Shown here piece by piece: positions 57,317 to 64,000 of a stretch of 64,000 nt of DNA. The notes under the pieces were generated by a model. The model worked only from the letters and a program-made list of their open reading frames with translations. It made no database searches and was not told where the DNA came from. The number at the start of each line of letters is the position of its first letter. Positions within the stretch are counted from its first letter, which is position 1. Location: the NCBI GenBank assembly GCA_001791995.1, contig MGFR01000005.1:26895-90894 (forward strand). The letters are read 5' to 3'. The position numbers and the translations under genes were made by a program. This stretch comes from Candidatus Woesebacteria bacterium RBG_13_46_13 (lineage in GTDB: Bacteria; Patescibacteriota; Microgenomatia; UBA8517).

Positions 57317-58212
57317 GTCGCGAATCTAGAAAATATTGCTTCGTCGGAAACTTGCGCCTCTTTCCTCTCTTTTCTTCTGGCTTTGACCACGGTGCCTAAT
57401 TTTAAAAGGGCCGAAAGAACAATTCTGGTGTAACCGGGGTGTCTTGCCATTCTCGAAAAAAGTGCGCTGAGGTGTTTCCTGAAAAGATTCTGGCTGGTGA
57501 TATTTTTCCAGATAAATAAAAGTTCGTTACGCTGTCTTATTCTTTGGGTATACGACTTATTCAGTGTCGATATCGTAGATTCATGATGGTGTTCAACCAA
57601 GGCAGCCGGCTCCCAAATCACCTTATAACCCCGTTTATAGGCCCGGTAAGAAAGGTCGATGTCTTCCCAATAAAAAGGCGAGAACAATTTCTCATCCATC
57701 CCGCCGAGAGCCAACCAGGTTTTCCTCCTGAAAACCGCGCTTCCTCCGCTGGCCCATAAAGACAAATGGGAACTGCCGGTCACCGGACCCGGAGAATGAT
57801 GCAAAAATCCTTGCTTGAAATCCCCTTTTGCCCAAGAATAGTCTTTTTCTTTGAAGGATACGGCAAATACACGCTCGTCCTCAAAATGTTTCAGGGCTTC
57901 TTGTAGGAATTCCCTAGAGGGGGCTACGTCGGTATTGATAAGCGCAACCAAGCTACCTTTGGCCATTCTGACCCCGGTATTTACTGCAGCTGAAAATCCC
58001 CTATTAACCTTATGTGTAATTATTTTTAGGGAAGGAAATCTTTCTTTTAAACCCGCAGCCTTCTCAACCGGCGAGCCGTCATCAACAACAATTATTTCGG
58101 AGATTGCGTTGGACTCAACCTCCTTGGCCTCAATTACTTTGGGTAAATTGGCCAACAGCAGTCCCTTGGTATTGTAGTAGGGAATAATTATTGAAACCGA
58201 TAAGTCTTTCAT
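57313..58212 (-). CDS. Family 2 glycosyltransferase
   Basis: IIPYYN, DDGS, NRGFSAAVN, INTD and PFYWEDIDL motifs. Confidence 0.9.
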   Translation of the reverse strand: MKDLSVSIIIPYYNTKGLLLANLPKVIEAKEVESNAISEIIVVDDGSPVEKAAGLKERFPSLKIITHKVNRGFSAAVNTGVRMAKGSLVALINTDVAPSREFLQEALKHFEDERVFAVSFKEKDYSWAKGDFKQGFLHHSPGPVTGSSHLSLWASGGSAVFRRKTWLALGGMDEKLFSPFYWEDIDLSYRAYKRGYKVIWEPAALVEHHHESTISTLNKSYTQRIRQRNELLFIWKNITSQNLFRKHLSALFSRMARHPGYTRIVLSALLKLGTVVKARRKERKEAQVSDEAIFSRFAT

Positions 58213-58304
58213 TTTCTTACCCTGACCACATGCAACATTCCCAAATTAAATTTCTTGTCTACCTCCATGCCTATTTTAAACGAATGGGAGCCTGTAAGGA
58301 AGAG

Positions 58305-59330
58305 CTATAACAACGCAGACAGTTTTTCTGCGAAAACGTCGTAGCTATATTTCTTGCTGTCCAGCCTGGCCTCCCTGCCCAATTTTACCAAAAGACCTTT
58401 CGTTTCGATAAGAGTCCTGGTGTTTTTGAGAAGCTCCTGTGTACTTGCCCATAAAAATCCGTTTTCCCCCTCTCTGACAATTTCCTTATAACCTCCCCCC
58501 CTATAAACAAGCGGGGCTGCGCCTGCCGCCATTGCCTCAACTGCGGAGATACCAAAGTGCTCAAACTTTTCAGGTTCTTTTTCCTCCTTTGCCCCAAAGC
58601 CAACCGCCGACCAGAATATCTTTGCCCTCCCGTAGAGAGTGCAAATCTCTTTAAATGTCGGACTTTCAACAATCTCTATGGGGTAGCCGGAAGATATTTT
58701 TTTTATATTCTCCAAATACTCTTTTCCCCCTATCTCAGCGCCCCCGGCCAAAATAAGTTTCCACTCGGAGTATCCCGAGTCGTAAAGTCTTTTGAAGGCT
58801 TTTATTAAAACATCCTGGTTTTTGGCCTGTGTCAGCTGGGAAAATCTGCCCACGAAGGTAATAATATCCTCTTTAATCTTTGGTCTGATTTTCTCTATCG
58901 CTACAGGTGGATAGATGACAGCCGAATCTACCCCGTATTCCGCATCGATGAAACTCTTGGTAAAGCGGGAGTTACAGATAACCTTGGAAATCCTCCAAAG
59001 CTTCATTTTATTAAGCAGGGTTACGCCTTTTACGCCGTGGAAGGGAACCTGAAAGTGGAGAAGGTTTTTCCTGGCCTTCAGAGCCGGAATGGACCCGTCG
59101 GACACCCAAAAACAAAGATCGTACCCGTCTCCCCGGGCGATATCTTTAACAAAATTGATATCCGTCAGTTTAATTCCAAATCTATCCTCCAGCTTATTCT
59201 TGACTGAAGGGCTCCTCCACTGCACATCTACTTTATAGCCCTTATTTTGCAGAACAGTGGCAACGGCTAGGCTGTAGCGCTCTCCGCCTCCTAGGGTATC
59301 AAGATATGGATTATATATTGCGGCTCTCAT
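58305..59330 (-). CDS. Family 4 glycosyltransferase (Alg11/Alg2-like motifs)
   Basis: LDTLGGGERY, NSRFT, IYPPV, VGRF and EHFGISAVEAMAAG motifs. Confidence 0.9.
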   Translation of the reverse strand: MRAAIYNPYLDTLGGGERYSLAVATVLQNKGYKVDVQWRSPSVKNKLEDRFGIKLTDINFVKDIARGDGYDLCFWVSDGSIPALKARKNLLHFQVPFHGVKGVTLLNKMKLWRISKVICNSRFTKSFIDAEYGVDSAVIYPPVAIEKIRPKIKEDIITFVGRFSQLTQAKNQDVLIKAFKRLYDSGYSEWKLILAGGAEIGGKEYLENIKKISSGYPIEIVESPTFKEICTLYGRAKIFWSAVGFGAKEEKEPEKFEHFGISAVEAMAAGAAPLVYRGGGYKEIVREGENGFLWASTQELLKNTRTLIETKGLLVKLGREARLDSKKYSYDVFAEKLSALL

Positions 59331-60075
59331 TCTTTTGCATCTCCCAAAGCTTTGCGTATGTTATCATGCGGGAAAACGTCTGGTAAATTATTTCGATCAC
59401 CCCCACCGCTCCGTCCAGAAATCCCAGTTTTAAAATCGCCCGATACCGAAATTCCCTGGCCGCAACGGAAATAAACCTCCACCAGACCATCTTGGGATGC
59501 CCTGATTCAAAAAGCAGTTTGGCTTCAATAGCCGACCATTCATTCGTTTTGGCAACCATCTCGGATAAACTCCTGTGGGAGATATGCGTAAGCGGATTTT
59601 TAAGCTTGCCCACTTCTCCTTTAATTGCCGGTTGTTCATGAAGCTCGCCTTTCCAACCCAAAAGGGCATCTTTTTTTATCAGTCTTAAAACATAGTCGGG
59701 CCACCAGCCCCCCCAACGCATGGGGTGACCCAAAAGAATATTCTTTCTGGGAATTGCGTAAGCATTATATTTCAGTTGATGATTGGTGATTAGGGATTGA
59801 ATTTCTTTTCGCAGTGCGGGGGTAACTCTCTCGTCGACATCGACATAGAGAAGCCAATCTCCACCGGCAACCTTTGCACCCAGATTTCTCCTGTCGGCAA
59901 AACTACCCTTAAGAGACTTAACGATTTTGGCACCTTTGCCTTTCGCAATTTCAACGGTTTTATCCGTACAGCCGTTATCGACAACAATTATCTCATCGAC
60001 CCAGGTAAGGGAAGCCAGGCAATCTCCAATCAGGGCTTCTTCGTTTTTAACCAAAATTACTGCCGAGGTTTTCAT
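59311..60075 (-). CDS. Family 2 glycosyltransferase (beta-1,4-glucosyltransferase-like)
   Basis: KNEE, VDNGCTD, YVDVDER, WWPD and LHE motifs. ATG 60075 (ATGA coupling) preferred over 60135. Confidence 0.88.
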   Translation of the reverse strand: MKTSAVILVKNEEALIGDCLASLTWVDEIIVVDNGCTDKTVEIAKGKGAKIVKSLKGSFADRRNLGAKVAGGDWLLYVDVDERVTPALRKEIQSLITNHQLKYNAYAIPRKNILLGHPMRWGGWWPDYVLRLIKKDALLGWKGELHEQPAIKGEVGKLKNPLTHISHRSLSEMVAKTNEWSAIEAKLLFESGHPKMVWWRFISVAAREFRYRAILKLGFLDGAVGVIEIIYQTFSRMITYAKLWEMQKNESRNI

Positions 60076-60995
60076 TTCCAGCTTCCTTTTTCCAGGCGGC
60101 CGAGGTAATAATCCCTGATGCCAGCCCTCTGCCACTTCCTGCCGCTGATAATGAGCCGCAGGCTTTCTCTAATTAAGGCCAGCTTGGTTCTTAGGGGAGC
60201 AAACTTAAATCCGAAGAGTAGTCTGTTGCGGGTGATAAAGTAGTCGTTGAGGTCCCCGCCAACCTTCGAGCTTTGGGAAACTTTGTGCCAGATCTGGGTT
60301 CTAGGGGTATAAACAATTTTAATTCCGGCCCTCTTTGCCCTTTCTGAGAGTTCGACATCCTCCAAATAGGCAAAATATTTGGGATTGAAAAGCCCCACTT
60401 TTTCAAAAACCCTCTTTTTGACAAACATACAGGCGCCGGTAGCAAAATCCGTCTCTTTTTCTTCATCGTATTGGCCACGATCAACATCATCAACCCCGTT
60501 ATTGGTTGCATATAGATTGCCCCAGTCGATATTCCCCCCTGCGGACCAGATAACCTTCCCGAGGACATACTTGGGGTATCTGTCTTTATGAAATTCAAAT
60601 CCCGGAGCAAAATAGATCTTCGGCACAAAGATCCCCGCATCCTTGTTTGCCCGCGCGGATTTTATAAGCTCGACAACCAAACTCCTGTCAACCAGAGTAT
60701 CGTTATTCAGAATCAGGACATAGTTGGCCCCTGTCGCCAGGGCCTCCTTTATCCCGACGTTGTTCCCTTCGGCAAAACCCAAATTTTCGGAATTCTTGAC
60801 AACCATGAAGGGAATATTCGTAATTTTGTTTAAGGCTTCGATGGAGCCGTCGCTTGAGGCATTATCGACCACAATTATACTTAGCTCATAACCCACTGTG
60901 GCTATCCGGCTTAAAGACTTGAGGCACTCAATCATGTCATCTTTTCTGTTCCAGTTAAGAACCACTATCGTTACTTTGGGAATTGTTTTACTCAT
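60072..60995 (-). CDS. Family 2 glycosyltransferase (rhamnosyltransferase-like)
   Basis: VLNWN, DNASSDGS, NLGFAEGNN, LNND and YFAYLED motifs. Confidence 0.9.
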   Translation of the reverse strand: MSKTIPKVTIVVLNWNRKDDMIECLKSLSRIATVGYELSIIVVDNASSDGSIEALNKITNIPFMVVKNSENLGFAEGNNVGIKEALATGANYVLILNNDTLVDRSLVVELIKSARANKDAGIFVPKIYFAPGFEFHKDRYPKYVLGKVIWSAGGNIDWGNLYATNNGVDDVDRGQYDEEKETDFATGACMFVKKRVFEKVGLFNPKYFAYLEDVELSERAKRAGIKIVYTPRTQIWHKVSQSSKVGGDLNDYFITRNRLLFGFKFAPLRTKLALIRESLRLIISGRKWQRAGIRDYYLGRLEKGSWK

Positions 60996-61902
60996 TGCCT
61001 AAAAAGATACGCCGATAAACCCGCTTGGGAAGCGAAGCAATAAAACTTCCCGACTTAATTAAGACCTCGATAATCCACCAGTTAATCTCCTTATTGGCTC
61101 TTTTTACCTCGGCTGCGAACTGCTGGGTAGAAACGGCCTGTGGGGTAAATTGTTCCGCCTGCCAAAGCTTAAGATAAAGGGCCAGTTCGGAAAAGGCCTG
61201 TAGGCAGGCCAAGGCCAATCCGTGCAGGCCGTCCTTATAGCCTTCTCCGGCAAAATAACGGCTCAAAAATTCCGCCAAAGGGCGCCTTATTACATCGTGC
61301 CAAACAAATTTGTATTCCTTCTGGACTAGCGCCCGCGCCTGAACATCGGTGTAGCGGTTCATCCTTTCGATAAATTTCGCAATCGAGGTGTAATTGTAAT
61401 GGGTAATTGCGTATTTCTCCTCAGCTGGAAGGTCAAGTCCTTTACCGATGGTCATCGGCACCGAATGGATAATCTCGTTCCAGGTAACGCTGCCTTTTTT
61501 GAAAAACCTGATATTGTAATCCGGCCACCAACGGGAGTTTTTAATCCAACGTTTGAAATTAATGTTTCTTCTCGGTAAGCGGTAATAGTCGGCCTGGGGA
61601 CTTTTGACAATCTGCTTAAGCTTTACCGCCAGGCTTTGGGGTATCTCCTCATCAGCATCCAAGACAAGCACCCAGTCTTTGGAGGCCTTATCGATGGCAA
61701 AATTTCTGGCCGGCTCAACGTATCCGACCTTTTCGTGATGAAAAACCTGGGCGCCGTAATCTTTGGCAATTGCCACGGTTTTATCCGTGGACTCCATATC
61801 CACAACCACTATCTCATCGGCAATATCCTTGACGGACTCCAAGGCCCGGGCGATATTTTCCTCCTCGTTGAGCGTATTGACAACAACCGAGATTGATCCC
61901 AC
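60988..61902 (-). CDS. Family 2 glycosyltransferase (beta-1,4-glucosyltransferase-like)
   Basis: NEE, DMESTD, EPARN, LDADE and WWPDY motifs; GTG start. Confidence 0.88.
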   Translation of the reverse strand: MGSISVVVNTLNEEENIARALESVKDIADEIVVVDMESTDKTVAIAKDYGAQVFHHEKVGYVEPARNFAIDKASKDWVLVLDADEEIPQSLAVKLKQIVKSPQADYYRLPRRNINFKRWIKNSRWWPDYNIRFFKKGSVTWNEIIHSVPMTIGKGLDLPAEEKYAITHYNYTSIAKFIERMNRYTDVQARALVQKEYKFVWHDVIRRPLAEFLSRYFAGEGYKDGLHGLALACLQAFSELALYLKLWQAEQFTPQAVSTQQFAAEVKRANKEINWWIIEVLIKSGSFIASLPKRVYRRIFLGNE

Positions 61903-61908
61903 CAGCTT

Positions 61909-61917
61909 ATTTTAACA
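61909..61917 (-). promoter_or_regulatory. Putative extended -10 box (TGTTAAAAT), 6 nt before GTG 61902
   Basis: Minus strand reads TGT-TAAAAT-AAGCTG-GTG within a 19-bp intergenic gap. Confidence 0.5.
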
Positions 61918-61921
61918 GATG

Positions 61922-63409
61922 TTACTTGCCAAGAAGAGTTTTGAAGCCCTTTTGCACGTCCTCTTTAATCGAAATCCCGACCAATATATATATTGCAACC
62001 ATATAAACTGCGACTCCGGTGGCAACCATGATAAATACACTACTTGTGCTAACCGGGAGAATCCGCCTTAGAAATAGAAGCGTTCCTCCCATAACAGCAC
62101 TCGCCAGGAGGGGCTTAAGCGCGGACTGGGACAGCGAAAAATTCACAAACCTCTTGGCTACAAAAATCGCGATCAGAGAACTTGTCCCCACCAGAGCATA
62201 GCCCGCGGCGGCCCCGTTTACGCCGTATTTGATGGAAAGAATCGGTACAAATAACCAGGTAAGGACCGTCCACATAATCATCAGCTTAAAAGTAATTTTA
62301 ATTCTGCCCACGGCATTTAAGAGATTGGTCAGCTGTGTCGTCACGGCGGCAAAAAGCGTGTTGATCGCAATTAATCCCAAGGGCAAAAGGGCCGGCTCCC
62401 ACTTTCCGTAACGGGGAATTATCGCAACCAAGGTGGGGGCCAAAACCAGAAGCCCCGCTAGGCTGGGGAAAACCAGAAAACAGATGAAAAAGATGGAACG
62501 GGTAACCGATCTTTCCAGGTGCTCTTTGGCGTCCTGCATCCTTGAAAATGCCGGGAAGGTAACCTTAATCACATGGTCCATAAAAAACCTCAAAGGTGCC
62601 TGGCCCCATTTTTGGGCCCAACCCAAAAATCCTACCCCGGCCGGCCCCAAAATCCCTCCCAAAACCGCCGTCATCCCGTCGTCCTTGATTGTCGCCAAAA
62701 GGGTATTTGCCTGATAAGGGACACCGAATTTCAAAAGGCCACCCAAGGACTTCCTGGAAAAGGCAAATCCCGGCACCCACGGCTGTAGGATATAAATTGC
62801 GATAAGTCCCACCACTCCTCTGGCCAAGACGGCAACCGTAAAGCTGGTTATGCCAAAACCCTTCCAAGCCAAGATAACCGCCAAAAGACTATAAACCAGA
62901 TTTTCCAATACCTGGGGAATAACCAATTTGCCAAACTCAAGTTTGCGCTCAAGAAGCGCCGACGGAATTGTTTTTAGAGAGGAAAAAAAGAGCGAAAGAC
63001 CCAAGGCATAAAGCAGCATTCTTGCCTCAGACGTAAATCCATATATCCTGGAGAGGGTTGGGCTAACCAGAAAGATAATTACTAAAAGGGTAAGAACAAG
63101 AACCTGCTGAACGGTAAAGGTGGTTCTTAAATCGGCTTTGTCGGGGTTTTCCTTTTTTTGGATAAGGGCGGCGGCTAAGCCGACATCGCTAAAATAGGCA
63201 AGAAAATTAACGATTGCCGAAACAATCCAGAAGATACCAAATTCGGAAGGACTCAAAAAAACCGTCAAAAATCCCGTCGCCACCAGCGAAAGAACGCTTA
63301 GAAGAAAGGTCCTTCCGGTTAAAACCACTACCCCTTTAACGGCTCTAGATTTGACCGTATCGATGGTTATTTCGGCATTCGGATCCAGATGTTCCTGAGT
63401 TTCCTGCAT
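61922..63409 (-). CDS. Polysaccharide flippase (WzxC-like)
   Basis: LSPSEFGIF, FSDVGLAAALIQKK, LERKLEF and FPAFSRMQ motifs; many TM helices. Confidence 0.88.
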   Translation of the reverse strand: MQETQEHLDPNAEITIDTVKSRAVKGVVVLTGRTFLLSVLSLVATGFLTVFLSPSEFGIFWIVSAIVNFLAYFSDVGLAAALIQKKENPDKADLRTTFTVQQVLVLTLLVIIFLVSPTLSRIYGFTSEARMLLYALGLSLFFSSLKTIPSALLERKLEFGKLVIPQVLENLVYSLLAVILAWKGFGITSFTVAVLARGVVGLIAIYILQPWVPGFAFSRKSLGGLLKFGVPYQANTLLATIKDDGMTAVLGGILGPAGVGFLGWAQKWGQAPLRFFMDHVIKVTFPAFSRMQDAKEHLERSVTRSIFFICFLVFPSLAGLLVLAPTLVAIIPRYGKWEPALLPLGLIAINTLFAAVTTQLTNLLNAVGRIKITFKLMIMWTVLTWLFVPILSIKYGVNGAAAGYALVGTSSLIAIFVAKRFVNFSLSQSALKPLLASAVMGGTLLFLRRILPVSTSSVFIMVATGVAVYMVAIYILVGISIKEDVQKGFKTLLGK

Positions 63410-64000
63410 TTATTTTGTTACTTCAAAGAAAAGTAAATCCTCCCTTCTCCCCTCCGGCTTAGTAGCCTTGGGATAGGAGTTAATCAGTCTTAATCCCAGC
63501 TTGTCCGCATCTTCCAAAAGTCGCGTGCTATTGACCACCAAATAGGTTTTATTTCCATAAGCGCGGGATTCGGCAAGAGGAGTGGGAATCTTGTCTATCC
63601 CCAACCCAACCCCCACAACAATTATCTGGGGCATATCGTTAAGATACATTTGCAGCCCATCCGGTAGAGTTCCGAAGTATCCTTCCGTTCCGATGACTAT
63701 TTTCTTGCCCGGTTCGCGAGCAAACTCGGCCCTGACCAACTCGGAGACCTCTTTGATGCCAAAGCCTGCCGTCCAATCTTCCAAATAGCCAGACCTCTCG
63801 CTTCGGGGCAGTTGTGCTTTTTGAATATCAAAGAGTAGCCGTCTATTAACCATCAGGCTTTGCGAAAGAAAGAGAGCCAAGAGAATCATCCCGGCCCAAT
63901 ATAGGGATTTTTTGCCGGTAGGCAGTATGTTTCCGGCAAAAATCGCCAAATACGGCAGGGTAAAGAGAATATATCTTGCAGTATAGACCTTCGCATATTC
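63410..64000 (-). CDS. C-terminal part of a GT-C (GT39-like) membrane glycosyltransferase (5' partial)
   Basis: The frame is open to the window edge (EYAKVYTARYILFTLPYLA...), followed by TM helices and a soluble domain with WTAGFG and GTEGYFG. Confidence 0.65.
   Translation of the reverse strand, partial: EYAKVYTARYILFTLPYLAIFAGNILPTGKKSLYWAGMILLALFLSQSLMVNRRLLFDIQKAQLPRSERSGYLEDWTAGFGIKEVSELVRAEFAREPGKKIVIGTEGYFGTLPDGLQMYLNDMPQIIVVGVGLGIDKIPTPLAESRAYGNKTYLVVNSTRLLEDADKLGLRLINSYPKATKPEGRREDLLFFEVTK

Noticed and set aside
53223-60135. Long N-terminal extensions in the ORF track (starts 54956 and 60135; likewise 9999, 18337 and 43129)
   Set aside because: They overlap upstream genes deeply, while downstream ATGs give tight coupling and family-typical N-termini.
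1-64000. Alternative genetic code (TGA as Gly, as in Gracilibacteria/Absconditabacteria)
   Set aside because: Full-length proteins translate in code 11, and many genes end in TGA within ATGA overlaps.
1-64000. CRISPR array, tRNA/rRNA, IS elements or defence systems
   Set aside because: No intergenic gap exceeds about 110 bp, and no direct-repeat array or transposase, integrase or nuclease motif was seen.

Overview
The window is one continuous, gene-dense cell-surface glycosylation locus of about 55 CDS, almost all on the minus strand and mostly translationally coupled. Both edge genes are partial. By inference it looks like a Patescibacteria/CPR (Microgenomates-type) genome using genetic code 11. 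It holds about 21 polytopic GT-C-type membrane glycosyltransferases in several paralogous sets, 11 GT2 domains, 4 GT4 enzymes, 5 SAM methyltransferase domains, 2 Wzx-type flippases, a DUF2304 protein and an FAD oxidoreductase. An AT-richer block (about 4.4-24.6 kb) contains the most unusual element, a small-molecule cassette at 9.5-15.8 kb. It encodes a divergent dehydroquinate-synthase-like sugar-phosphate cyclase, a VOC epimerase, an SDR, a MOFRL-type kinase, a LicC/IPCT-like cytidylyltransferase, a non-canonical GAPDH homologue and a CDP-alcohol phosphotransferase. Together these suggest a CDP-activated cyclitol- or polyol-phosphate used to decorate surface glycans or lipids. A -10-like TAnnnT box sits 5-8 nt before several start codons, consistent with leaderless transcription, and one of these sites is a palindromic bidirectional promoter. 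I saw no rRNA, tRNA, CRISPR array or mobile element. All family calls come from motif recognition by eye, with no database searches.
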